From NCBI RefSeq assembly GCF_006345805.1, contig NC_043021.1, positions 10,230,001 to 10,294,000 on the forward strand: a stretch of 64,000 bases of DNA, read 5' to 3'. This DNA comes from Octopus sinensis. Taxonomy: Eukaryota. The position numbers and the translations under genes were made by a program. Below the pieces are notes generated by a model that saw nothing but the letters and a program-made list of their open reading frames with translations, was not told the DNA's origin and did no database searches. Shown piece by piece: positions 30,505-43,720 of the stretch; the stretch's first letter is position 1, and each line of letters starts with the position of its first letter.

Positions 30505-33162
30505 GAGAGAGAGATAGAGAGATAGAGAGAGAGCATAAGTTCTTTTGTTACTTTATGCGTTTCTGCTCAAAGAGTTTTGTTTCGTCATACTGGGCACCGC
30601 CGAATAGCATCCCTTTTTCACTGGCCATTCTCATGTGATTAGCTTTTGGTGGATGTGGTAGTTCGATTCTGCTGCCCTCTTTTGGGTTATTTTCCGTGAT
30701 ACGGGTTTATCTCAGATCTTGTACTGCAGAAGGTCATACGGATCTCTCCGGGTTTTTCGCAGGATATTAAATAGCTGTGGGCCATTGCATCCCAAGCTCT
30801 TGCAGTGCCTATGTATATCATTGCATATGTCTCCTATTTTCGCTCTAGAGAGTAGAATCTTTCAGTCTCCCTTAGTAACTCAGGCATTTCAGGGTTGTAG
30901 TCTTCCTAGCACAGCTGAACTGCCTGAAGTTAAGCCATTAATTTCACACTATGGGGTGACTATAGTTGAGAGCAGTTGTCCAGATGGCAGAGGACAAATG
31001 CACTCTGTAACGATCAGAATAATTTCTTGGTCTTTTGTTCTGAAAGTGTTTAGAGTCCATCCACTCATTCGCTTCCACATTGCCACCATCTTTATGATAC
31101 GTACACGAAACGAAGAATCGTTGCTCACATCAATATCGAGGTCACACATTGTGTTTGACTCTGGACTGGCTGATCTTTTATGTCCAAATTGCTTTTGTTG
31201 TGACGTGTTAGCACAAGCCGACTGATAGCTGAGGGTTTGGAATTTTCCTACATTAAATTACATGGACTTTTCTTCAGCCCATTTATGTGACATCTGAGTC
31301 TTTTTGTGGAAGATTAGCGTCGAGTGTGTCCATGTCTGTTTGTGTTACTTTTATGTTGTCGGCGTGGCTAGCAGCTGTTGTTGTTTATATAACTGATACC
31401 ATGGCCGAGACAGCCATCAAGACAGTTCCCTGAGACGCTACTCTCATTATTAATGCCCCCTTAGAGAGGAACCCGTTGGCTGCCATAGCCTGGCTCTGTT
31501 TTTTAAGAAGTCATGTAACAATCTTCTTTTAAACATTTATTACAGAAACACTGAAGTGAAAAGACCAAACTTTAGTTACCACATTGCAATTCATGAAATA
31601 GTAATATTTACTGATATATGGTTGAGAGGAAGAAAGAATTTAGAAGAAAATATCTGAAGACGTGATAATTGTAATACTCACTAATCAGGTATGGAGTATG
31701 TACGTATCCACCATGTTTCAGAATTCTGCTTGCAGTTGTTGACTGAGAACCAGGACTCCATTTGTTGTTGGAACCAATATTTACTTTAACCCTTCTGACA
31801 TTTCCTTCGCTAAAATCAAATCAAATATGGCAGATCTTTAAATGACAGTAATTTTATACCGTATTATACTTGAAACTGTCCTCTTAGATATTAAAATATT
31901 TGACCATTCATTAAAGTATTGTAACAGAACTCTCTTATATTCTCTGTTATTATTAAACGTTGATGTCCATTCCAATGTTGCAATTCGGATCGTGTGTGTT
32001 ATTAAAGTATATTTATATAGGTGGTGTGGGTCTGAACGATATGAATCACACAGAAAGTCAAATGAACAATTAATACAGACAAAATATAGAAGAATGTTCA
32101 GTGATTGAAGTGATTTATTCATTCGCCTCAATATATTTTCAAGTTGGAAATTAAATATATATTTTTACCTAAATATTCCCACCTGCTTATGGTGAAAGTT
32201 AATATATTCAAAATTGTTGAAAACAGAATTCTATGCAAATTTTAGCCTGATATTAAAGCTAGTATATGTGTTGCTGTTTACACCAACATCAAATTCTTTT
32301 CAACATTTATGTTATAAAACACAGAAATTAAACTTTCTTCATTAACACCAAGTGATGTAATATAAAGATGTGAGAACGTAAATCTGTAATGTATATACTT
32401 ACAGGCAGTGGGCTGCTGTCAATACGTGTGTAGAATCAATCAAAGTACCTCCACATACACTAACCCTGTTATCTGTGGGTTGGTTAAATATTTTGAGGTG
32501 GACAATGGAAGGAAACTCGCAGTTTTGTGCTTTAGATCCACCGACGATCTGTGTTTCTGGTGCTGAAAGGGAATCACAAAACGAAATAAATATATATTTG
32601 TAGACTGATCATTCTTCAATGTCTACGATATATCAATCACTGTAATTTGTACGACTGTAGTTTTTTTAGGCGTTTTAATTAAATGCGAAAGAAATATTTT
32701 TCATCCTTTCTTTGACATTGAATTTATGTGTGGCTTTTTCTGACTCATGTATCAAAATTAAAATCGTGAAAATAACCGGTGTTAATATGGGATTTCAAAA
32801 GTTCGATAATGTCGCACACTGAAACGGGTGATACGACTTACGTTGGGTGGACGCCTCCAGACGATGAAGAAGGCTAGCCAAATACGTAGATATAGAGGGA
32901 GAAATCTAGACGTCGGCAGAGGAGTAGAGCTGAGTTGAGGTCATCGGAACGTGCGACATAACAGTATCTCATCCTCGTCGCCACTGTTATGTGGCACGTT
33001 CGAATGACCTCCACTCAATTCAACTCCTCAGCCGATGTCTAGACTTCTCCCTCTATATCTACGTAATGGGCTAGCCTACTTCATCGTCTGGAGGCGTCCA
33101 CACAACAACTTACCAGCAAAAACTGAAGCAACCGTAACAAGAAGGCAACAGAGAGACAACAT
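28429..33162 (-). CDS. Copy E: complete, intact protease gene, 255 aa; exons 33114-33162, 32403-32562, 31682-31809, 29844-29978, 29604-29749, 28429-28578
   Basis: 768-bp open CDS after manual splicing: MLSLCCLLVTVASVFA-APETQ-IVGGSKAQNCEF...NRVSVCGG...AAHC...KNDIAIL...GGASTCQGDSGGP...FGRKCDMEISAF...WIQTNL*. Confidence 0.92.
28630..29100 (+). mobile_element. RTE-like LINE 3' fragment in intron 5 of E (copies at ~39305-39780 + in G and ~51350-51840 - in H)
   Basis: EISRRITTRWKVL...HRAGHVARLTSNR*THAIVEWLPRDRK resembles the RTE C-terminal WAGHVAR region; antisense to the host gene. Confidence 0.65.
32841..33107. mobile_element. Same fold-back MITE in intron 1 of copy E
   Basis: Inverted near-identical copy of 18917-19183 at the same position next to exon 1. 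Confidence 0.8.
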
Positions 33163-33230
33163 GTTGATTCTAGATGTTCAGTTATCTGTGTAGAATAATT
33201 CCACTGATGCTACAGTTATGAATCGTGTGG

Positions 33231-33238
33231 TATTTATA
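33231..33238 (-). promoter_or_regulatory. TATA box of copy E
   Basis: TATAAATA on the minus strand in homologous position. Confidence 0.6.
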
Positions 33239-35240
33239 GGTAAGTATCATTAGGAAAACATCTTTGAGGAAAGAACAGCTGTAATTATTCATCAATGTTC
33301 GAACAATAAGTCAAAGAACAACCGAGAATGTTTTAATGTAAAGTAATTTATGTTATGATATGAAATATATAATCAATACAATTTTATATTATATTACTAA
33401 AGTGTTATTCTAATTTCTATTGAACGAGTATTGTCATCTTTTGAGTTGTATTGAAATATCTTAAATTAATACATCTTCAAAATAGCTCCCATATTTTTTT
33501 ATATGGACGTGAAAAACAATTACCTTTTGTGTGATAAGAAATATTTTATTGTGTTGACCACTCAGATGATTTCAATGGAAGATTGATCCACCTGAATATT
33601 ATTGCATCACCTGTCATTTTAAAATGATGAACCAGTTTGTATTAAAGTTGTATAGTTATTTCTTGCTTAAAAATATTTCCTGTTAATTAATAAACGCGAA
33701 TATGTTGGGATTATTGTCCTCGTCTTCGCTGTAATTGTTACAGCTTTTTGCCCGTTACATTCTTCAGTCTTTTTCAGTTTCTGCCGAATTCCGTGACTCT
33801 CAAGATAGAATACGGGTTTCGAAGCGAACCTTTGTATTATATCTATGGTTGTGTATTGTCCTCGTTCCAGTATCTGTATCAGCACTATTCTCCCATTTGT
33901 TACTCTTTTTACATGTGATGTCTCTTGATCGTTCCTCTTGGAACGAACTGTTTATTATTGTTTGCGTGACTCAGAGGCAGAACTCATGCTCGTTAGTTCT
34001 CCTACGATACCGATCATTTTATCAACGCTTATACACATTGTCATATGGTCATGTAAGGGAATTATGTAGCGGAAATTAGAAATATCAAAACCTAATTTTT
34101 TTATGGTCATAAGCCAAATGTTCTTTCATTCTTCAAAAGAGGCCCCTATAAAGTGTTAATCTCTATGTTAGTTCTACTGAGGACGTTATCAATGGCGTTC
34201 GAGGACATCTCTTTTGAAGAAAGACACTAACATAAAATTTCATGACCAATAACTTTGTGTACTACACCCCGTGGAACTTTATATTAAGCTATATCACCTC
34301 ATATAAAGGGAGACTATGTACCCCTTAAGTTTAGGACTACATTGTAAAGCTATGATCTGTGTGTTGGATGGAGAAAAAATAAAGCAGTTGTGACAGAAAA
34401 CAGAAGCCAACAACTTTTGCGGAACAAAGTCAAGATGATAGAATATTAATATATAATATATAATAAATATATTAATATATTAATACAACGACTGGAAACG
34501 CCATCATATACGCTTGTTATGCGATATTTCTGTACTGTTAGCGTAGCGATGATTTTGATAATATGTGAAAGCGTGAAAGTGCTTTCTGGGTTGAATTAGG
34601 AATTGTTTTATGTATTTGAAAACTGCGTATATGGTTGTTTTGATATAGGATATGTTGGCTATCCGTTCCTGAGATTTCTCTTTAGAGCAGCCAATAGTGG
34701 GTGGTACTGAGCAGCTTCAATACTCGTTCAAAAATTTAGTGAACTTCAGAAAAACTGTTCTTGCTGTCAATCGTGGTATATAGCCTTATACACCACGAGT
34801 AATGAGACAGCACAATAGCATCAACTATTGGCAAATCTGAACATGAGACTCAAGAATGGATTGCCAACATCTCCCACTTCGAAACAACCATATATGCAGG
34901 TTTCAAATACAGAAGATAATTCCTAAATCAACCCAGGAAGCATTTTCACATATTGCTAAAATCAGTGGAGCCTCAAAATTTAGCTGTCTTTTATCTTTTG
35001 TCATTTACTTGTTTCAGTCATTAGACTGCAGCCATGCGAACTGTAGTCGAAAAACTGGGCCTCAGGATTTTTTTAAAAGCCTGTAACTTTTTCTGTCGGT
35101 CTTCCTTTGGCGAACCGCTAACTTTTGGGGACGTAAACACATCAATACCAGTTGTCAAGCATTGGGGAGGATAAACACATTGGAAATCTGGCTCCACGGC
35201 AAGACAAGTTAATTGGTGAGAAATATAGTTTTATCAAATA

Positions 35241-35631
35241 CTAGCAGTAGCGCCCGGCGTTGCTTGGGTTTCTTTCGACCCCTTAGATTTGAAATTTTTG
35301 AAAAGTTAAAATTTTGCATTATGTAGCTTGTTATTCTATTTAAGTGAACATTTTTCTGGTTGAAATACACCGAAAAATGGCGACACAGCAGTCAAAAAAT
35401 CATAAAACATAGGGATTTTCATAGAAAAAAAGCACTTTTTTGATGTAAATAATTTTTGGTGTTAACGTGGTGCGATTTGAGTTTCTTCTTCTACGGAAGG
35501 AAGAGCAAGCCTTCTTCTATCATACTCTCAACTTTGGTCAACTTGCGCCGCAGGGTCTCGGAGGAGATAGTGTTAGTTGAAGGCTACCAACCTGCCATAC
35601 ACAGACAGCTTCAGCTTCATATAGAGAGAGA
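35241..35631 (-). mobile_element. Non-autonomous Helitron, duplicated together with the A/F downstream flank
   Basis: Reverse-complement copy of 6048-6436 with the same flanks. Confidence 0.7.
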
Positions 35632-35859
35632 TTTCTTTTAAAAAGAGTTACAAATGACAGACATATGTAAGGAATAAGATTCCGCTACTAAATCATGAAA
35701 CAAACTTGAACACGGTGAAATAGGCGAAAATTCTCATGTAACATTGTAACAACAACGACCAAGATAGATTATTTTATATATTTATTAATTTGTTAATACA
35801 TTGTGAATAATACTCTAATAACATTCCTTTATAAATAGAAATTTTCTTTAAAGTATTCC

Positions 35860-37869
35860 TTACAGGTGACTCTCGATCCAGTCTCGGAAATATCCGACAT
35901 CGCTGAAAGCACTGGCTTCGTTGTCACATTTATTTCCGAAGGATGTTATTCCTGCCAAAACCATTCGACGTTTAGAATTTGGACAAAAAAGTGGGCCACC
36001 AGAGTCACCCTGAAAGAAAAAAAACACAAACACTATAACTTTATATTCATTGAAAGTATTAGATACTGAATAAGGTCCGTAGTGAATATTTCAGATAATT
36101 AGTCATTTATTCTTTTTTATTCTTTTATGTTTTGTCTTGTTGCAGACATTTGACTGACACCACGTTTAGCCAAGCAAAAACAACAAAAAAACAAAAACAG
36201 GACTTATTCTTTGTAAGCCCAGTACTTATTCGATCGGTCTCTTTTGCCAAACCACTGAATGCAATTTTGTATTAAATCTAACTTTGATTCCACGTCTTTT
36301 TCTCCTCCATTTTTAATACTTGTTTATGGTATATTTATATCTATAACGCGCTCGAAACGTTAAACCCTCCTTCTTTCCGTCTTTCCTGAGCGTCCAATAA
36401 TACTATATTTGTTCTACGTCCTCGCCTTGTGTTTTTTTGTGCTTTCTTGTTTGGATTAACTTTATATATACATTATATATACATCAACAATCAAGGAACG
36501 GCCATAATAGGCCATTCACCCACTAGAAATAACAGCCAAAGCTTCAACCGCAAATAAAAATCAATTCCGTAAACAGGAGAAAATTTAAAAAACATTTACC
36601 CTGTAATTTCTTATACGATGCACCGTTTCATCTGCTGTTTAATGGTAAACTAACCTGATTAAATTAAATCAAGCCAATCTTCCATAGGCCCTCAGATTCT
36701 TCAGTAAGAAATAGCCAGGTCGGAACAGATATTTTCACGAGGCATTTCCGACCCTGCCAAGGTAATATCTGACCTAAAATTTTCAAATCATCGCACTCGC
36801 GCCAAATTTATCGGCAGCAAATAAATATAAGCCGTCGATTCCATTACGGAATTAACCAGAAAATTCATAATTAATCAATATAGGGTGGCAAAAAAAATTT
36901 TGTAGAATTTTTTTGCCACCCTATATTGATTAATTATGAATTTTCTGGTTAATTCCGTAATGGAATCGACGGCTTATATTTATTTGCTGCCGATAAATTT
37001 GGCGCGAGTGCGATGATTTGAAAATTTTAGGTCAGATATTACCTTGGCAGGGTCGGAAATGCCTCGTGAAAATATCTGTTCCGACCTGGCTATTTCTTAC
37101 TGAAGAATCTGAGGGCCTATGGAAGATTGGCTTGATTTAATTTAATCAGGTTAGTTTACCATTAAACAGCAGATGAAACGGTGCATCGTATAAGAAATTA
37201 CAGGGTAAATGTTTTTTAAATTTTCTCCTGTTTACGGAATTGATTTTTATTTGCGGTTGAAGCTTTGGCTGTTATTTCTAGTGGGTGAATGGCCTATTAT
37301 GGCCGTTCCTTGATTGTTGATGTTGAACTTAAAAATGGTCTATGACTATTTAATTTTTTTCCCACTAGGCCGCTGGTGGCAAAAAAATTCTACAAAATTT
37401 TTTTTGCCACCCTATATTGATTCATTATATATACAGATATAAATACATAATTTATATATATATATATACATACATACATACATACATACATAATACACAT
37501 ATATATAAAGTGAGAGGGATGAGAGAAAGAAATATATATGTGTGTGTATGTGTGTGTATAATCTTTTATTTTTTCATTTGTTTCAGTCATTTGACTGCGG
37601 CCATGCTGGAGCACCGCCTTGGGTCAAGCAATTCGACCCCAGGACTTATTCTTTGTAAGCCTAGTACTTATTCTATTGGTTTCTCTATCATTGAGAATGA
37701 TAGGAGCATTTGATGAAAAATTCATGATACTTACATTTGAAATGTCCCCATCTAGCAGCGATACATCTTCGGGTACCGAATTTTTCTCCTTTTCTGGCCA
37801 ATTGTGCATAGCGGACACATCTAGTTTCATGGACTTCGTGCGTCAAAGTCAGTATGGCAATGTCGTTCT
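35860..37869 (-). pseudogene. Copy F: A-type remnant with exon 4 (37735-37869) and exon 6 (35860-36009) only; exons 1-3 and 5 absent
   Basis: Exons and flanks are inverted near-copies of copy A. Exon 4 has AARWG instead of AAGWG. Intron 4 is cut by a SINE fragment at ~37690 and no exon 5 is found between the two exons. Confidence 0.85.
36481..37323. repeat. Apparently perfect 843-bp palindrome (416-bp arms, 11-bp spacer 36897-36907)
   Basis: 36481-36896 is the reverse complement of 36908-37323; no mismatch found in the blocks compared by eye. Confidence 0.92.
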
Positions 37870-38123
37870 CTTTGAGGGTAAAACATACGTATATGTTAGG
37901 CAGGCATATGAACTAATTATGACTATATATTAGCCTCTGCACGCATTTTTTCTCTCTCCTTGTTTCTTTCTGTGTTTCCTTTCTGTGTATCTTTCTGTTG
38001 AAGAGCGTAGGCTCGAAACGTAAAAGACTTGTTTTATTTATATTTCCTGAGCGCCATACTAATACAATTGTTCGTTTGTTTTCCACCTGCCTTCATCTTT
38101 TGTTTATTTCATAAAGCTTCCCG

Positions 38124-38175
<52 letters not shown>

Positions 38176-38212
38176 TATATATATATAATATATATATATA
38201 TATATTAATATA

Positions 38213-38245
<33 letters not shown>

Positions 38246-38515
38246 GTTTCAATAGTAGATACAGATACGTATGAGGTATATACAGACAATCGTGGAATAT
38301 AGAAATAAGTTTATATGATAGCCATAAATAACATATGTATGTATGCATGTATGTATGTCTGTGTCATTGTTCCGTTTTATTTCAAGATTTCTTGCCAATA
38401 GAGAAAGAGCCGGTTTCTAACCTAGCTTCAAGGCTCCTTCATTGGAACTTCATCATCAACAACAGGGTATTTTTGTATGTATGTATGTATGTATGTATGT
38501 ATGTATGTATGTATG

Positions 38516-38547
<32 letters not shown>

Positions 38548-39103
38548 TGTATGTAGTGGGAGGGCTGAAGGCGCATGGCTCAGTGGTTAGAGCGTTATGC
38601 TTACAATCTGGAGGTTGTGAGTTTGATTCCCGGACCGGGCTGTGTGTTGCATTCTTGTGCACAACACACATTGCTGCAGTCCGCGCAGTTGTAGAATTGA
38701 GTTGCGACTTCACGAGTGCCAAGTTCTCCTGGTCTTGCCTTTCGCTTGGACAACATCGGTGGGTGGAGAGAGGAGAATGGTATGCATGGGTGACTGTTGG
38801 TCTTCCACAAACAACCTTGCTTGGACTTACGCCTTGGAAGGGAACCTACTCGCTGCAATCCCATGATCGTTAGTGACCGAATTAGGTATTTACTGTATAG
38901 TAAAAGAGAGAGTGGGGAAAGAGAGAGCGAGAGAGAAAGTGGCAAAGACGTTAGCAAAGATGTTACATTCTCATGTAACAGTATAACAACAACAACAACA
39001 ACAATTTGATAAATTATTTTATATATTTATTAATTTTTAATACATTGTGAATAATATTCTAGTGATATTCCTCTGTAAATAGACATCTTTATTAAAGTAC
39101 TTC

Positions 39104-41092
39104 TTACAGATTACTCTGGATCCAGTCTCGGAAATATCCGACATCGCTGAAAGCGCTGATTTCTATGTCACAATTACGTCCGAAGGATGTTACACCAGCT
39201 AAGACCATTTGACCATTTGAACTTGGACAATAAAGTGGACCACCAGAGTCACCCTGAAAAAAACACAAACAATATAAATTTATATTTAGTGAAAACGCAG
39301 CACAAGGTCAAACAGAGGTGGAAAACGATGAAGGAGTACATCTGCTCGAAGTAAATAGTTGATATGCGTCGAGACATGGAGATAGAAATCTCGAGGAGAA
39401 TAACGACACGATGGAAGGTGTTAGCCTCCATAAAAGATGTGCTCAAAGCAGAGCTAGACAACTTAAAGGTGGTAATTCGGGAACAAAGCGGATTGAAGGG
39501 TGCGATAGTAGGATATGAAAGCCACAAGTTTCACAGGGCCGGACATGTTGCAAGGCTCACAAGCAATAGGTGAACTCATGCAATTGTCGAATGGTTACCA
39601 AGAGATCGGAAAGGTAACTTGGGAGGGCCGTCTAACGGCAATGGGGAGATAATTTAGTAAAACGATTTTGGAGAAGATGGAAAGAAATAATTTAGTAAAA
39701 CGATTTTGGAAGATATTTGCAAGATGGAAAGAAAAGCGTAATAAAGAAAGATTTGGAAGCTCCTTAAGACCAGCGGCGAATAACAACATTTGACAGTGTT
39801 GTCAATACAGAGGAGCAGTGTGTTCAGAAAATTAATCATTTGTTTAATATATTATTCAATAGAGAACTTTACTTGTAAAGTTGAATAGTTTTCTTTTCGC
39901 CAGTTTCAGCTTTTGTGTATCCGATATACTTGCATCAATACAGACATGCACACACATACACATAAATAATGCGTGTGTGTATGCGCGTATGTGTGTGTGT
40001 ATTAGCGACGGGGGGGGGGGCAATATTAATACAGTGAGGGAATAATTTATCCCATCTTAAAAGTGGATGTTCTGTTAGAACAGGCTATACTGTGGTAGAT
40101 GCCATGAGAGAAACTCTCATATTGGCTTTTGGTGCAAAATGTATTCTTGTTTATATCGAATGCGGGGAGACATATTCCAGCCATCTGCAGCAAAATGTAT
40201 GTTTATCATTTAAGGAGATATATCGGTTAGATATCACTAGAGGTATATATTCTTATTTCTTTATTGCCCACAAGGGGCTAAACATAGAAGGAACAAACAA
40301 GGACAAACAGATTAAGTCGATTAAATCGACCCCAGTGTGTAACTCGTACTTAATTTTATTGAACCCGAAAGGATGAAAGGCAAAGTCGACCTCGGCGGAA
40401 TTTGAACTCAGAACGCAGCGGCGGACGTAATACCACAAAACATTTCGTCCGGGTGCTAACGATTCTGCCAGCTCGCCACCTGACTAGAGGTATATATTCT
40501 ACAATATCAATAAAACATACCTGGCAAGTAGATGCTCCACCTTGTCTGAAATCTCCGGCACAGAGAACTCCCTCAGCAATTCGCATCCTTGACCTTTGTG
40601 TACATACATCATGGGGAATAGCTGGAAGAGCCACTTTGTATAATTCATCAGGACTGTTTCCTTTAACTGAAAATAACACAATTGAATGATGATTAATATC
40701 GATTGACGATGATTAAATTGAGATGATAGGAACATCAGATGGAAATTTCATGATACTTACATTGGAAATCTCCCCATCCAGCAGCGATACATCTTCGGGT
40801 ACCAAATGTTTCTCCTTTACTGGCCAATTGTGCAAACTTGACACATCTACCTTCACGGACTGGGTCGCTCAAAGTCAGTATGGCAATGTCGTTCTCTGTA
40901 AGGGTAAAACATACATATATGTTAAACTTACGTATATGCTGGTCATGAATATATATGTTTCAATAGATATATACAGATATATATGATGTATATACATATA
41001 ATAGACATTCGTGCAATATAGACATAAGTTTATATGATAGCCAGAAATAACATTATATGTGTGAGAGTGTTTGTATGCATGTATGCATACAC

Positions 41093-41129
<37 letters not shown>

Positions 41130-41157
41130 TACATACACACACACAGACACAGACACA

Positions 41158-41201
<44 letters not shown>

Positions 41202-41210
41202 ATATATATA

Positions 41211-41268
<58 letters not shown>

Positions 41269-41552
41269 ATATAAATACAATACAAGGAAGCAAGTTCCTC
41301 TTATAGGGATCTCAAGCTTCTAATGTGTAAGTTTTGCTGCTTTGCCCGGATGAGATTTTTACTCGAAATATTTCCAAAATATGAATTTTAATAAATTTGT
41401 TATTGCTTTTAGGTTTGAATGGAAACAATTATAGGGTTTACTAATATTTACATTTATATTATAATAATAATTTTATGTTAATAAATTAACATATGTCCGT
41501 TTGAACTCTACACTTCCATTTTATCATTTGTGTATATATGTATGTATGCATG

Positions 41553-41619
<67 letters not shown>

Positions 41620-41774
41620 TATATATATATGGATACATATGTTATACATATGCACATATAATAATACGTTTGTAGAATAGTATAAGCAACGTCTTTGTCG
41701 CAATGTAGATGCAGCGAAAACAAACTAATATCAGCAAATGACACTTAGTTGCACTCATCGTCATAATCTTCACT

Positions 41775-41807
<33 letters not shown>

Positions 41808-41822
41808 GCCATCATCATCGCC

Positions 41823-41853
<31 letters not shown>

Positions 41854-41900
41854 TCAACAACATTATTATTATCATCATCAACATCATCATCATCAACATT

Positions 41901-41960
<60 letters not shown>

Positions 41961-43644
41961 GCTTTCATCATTATAAGCTGCAGCAGTAGTAGAGATAGCA
42001 GTAATTACCGAGATGTAATGTAGATATCATTTTGCACAAAGCTTCAGTTCTGATGAGTATATCCTGAATTTTTGGATAATGCAAAATGCGACGAATAAGG
42101 AGAAGAAAATGTCAGTATTTAAACATTTCTTATAGGAACACTGAAAGGAAAATACCAAACAATAACTATCGTATATTGACACGAGATTGCAATTGATGAA
42201 ACACCGATATTTACTGATGTATGGTTGAGAGGAAGAAAGAATTCATAAGAAAATATCTGAAGACATGATAATTGTAATACTCACTTATCAGGTATGGAGT
42301 ATGTACGTATCCACCATGTTTCACAATTCTACTTGCAGTTGTTGACTGAGAACCAGGACTCCATTTGTTGTTGGAACCGATGTTTTTTTAACCCTTCTGA
42401 CATTTCCTTCGCTAAAATCAAATCAAATATGGCGGATCTTTAGCAAACAGTAATTTTATACCGTAATATACTTGAAATTTGTCAATAAGCATTGTAATAT
42501 GAGTCTTTTTTTGTTTTTGTTTGTATTAGTAAACGTTGTTGTCCATTTAAATGTTGCATTTCAGATCGTTTGTGTTATTAAAATATATTTCTGTTGGTTG
42601 TTCGTCTGAACGATATTAAAAGCACAGAAAATAAAATAATTAATTAATACACACAGAATGTAGAAGAATGTTCTAAGATCGAAGTGTTGTATTCATTTGA
42701 CAGAACATATTTTTAAGAACACCGAGCATATATCTTTATTAAAATATTGATGTCAAACTTTAGCAAAAGGCCAGAAAGTGTGGGGTAGAGAGTCGATTAT
42801 ATCGGCCCAAGTGTACAACTGGTACTTATTTTATCGATCCCGAAATGGGATGAAAGGTAAAGTCGACCTCGGTGGAATTTGAACTCAGAACGTAAAGACG
42901 GGCGAAATGCAGCAAAGTCTTTTTCCGGTGTGCTAACATTTCTTCAAACTTGCCGCTTTATTTTTATCTAAATATATGCGCTCGTTTATGGTGTAAGTCA
43001 ATATATTCTGAAATTGTTGGAAATACAAAATCCAATGTAAACTTTAGCCTGTTACCAAAGCCAGTATATACGTTGCTATTTATACCAATGTCAAATTCTG
43101 TTCAACATTGATATTATACGAACACAGAAACTAAACATTCTTCATAAACATCAACTGATGTAATACGAAGATATGAAAGTGTCAATCTGTACTGTTTATT
43201 TATAAAAATACTTACAGGCAGTGAGCTGCTGTCAATACGTGTGTAGAATCAATCAAAGTACCTCCACATAAGCTAACCATGTTATCTGTGGGTTGGTTAA
43301 ATATTTGGAGGTGGACAATGGAAGGAAACTCGCAGTTTTGTGCTGGAGATCCATCGACGATTTGTGTTTTAGGTGCTGAAAGAAAATCACAAAAGGAAAT
43401 AAATTCATATTTGTAGATAAATCATTTTTTAATGTCTATGATATATCGATTACTGTAACTTATATGGTTGCAATTTTGTTAGCTTTAATTAATTACGAAA
43501 AGTATCTATCTTTTCGGACATATTTTCAGCATAAAATTAATGATTTAAAAATACTGATACCGAGATAAATGCTTCGGCGGAAAGACATGACTTACCAGCA
43601 AAAACTGAAGCAACCGTAAAAAGAAGGCAACAGAGAGACAACAT
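39104..43644 (-). pseudogene. Copy G: full six-exon protease gene with a -1 frameshift in exon 3 (exons 43596-43644, 43216-43375, 42285-42411, 40761-40895, 40521-40666, 39104-39253)
   Basis: Exon 3 is 127 bp (AAA GTA AAC has become an A7 run). All other exons open; mature N-terminus IVDG. The homopolymer context means a sequencing error is possible. Confidence 0.7.
41770..41975. repeat. (CAT)n/(GAT)n microsatellite in intron 3 of G (mirror copy 48395-48610 in H)
   Basis: Direct reading; source of spurious poly-His and poly-Met ORFs. Confidence 0.95.
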
Positions 43645-43712
43645 GGTGATTCTAGATGTTCAGTTATCTGTGTAGAATAATTCAACTGATGCTAGAGTTA
43701 TGAATCGTGTGG

Positions 43713-43720
43713 TATTTATA
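43713..43720 (-). promoter_or_regulatory. TATA box of copy G
   Basis: TATAAATA on the minus strand in homologous position. Confidence 0.6.

Noticed and set aside
37970-38110. Penelope-like terminal motif (GAAGAGCGTAGGCTCGAAACG; similar near 36340-36470)
   Set aside because: Too short and degenerate to assign without a library search
41738-41989. Poly-His ORF (and 48334-48642) and the poly-Met ORFs on the opposite strand
   Set aside because: Translations of an intronic (CAT)n microsatellite; no splice or codon support
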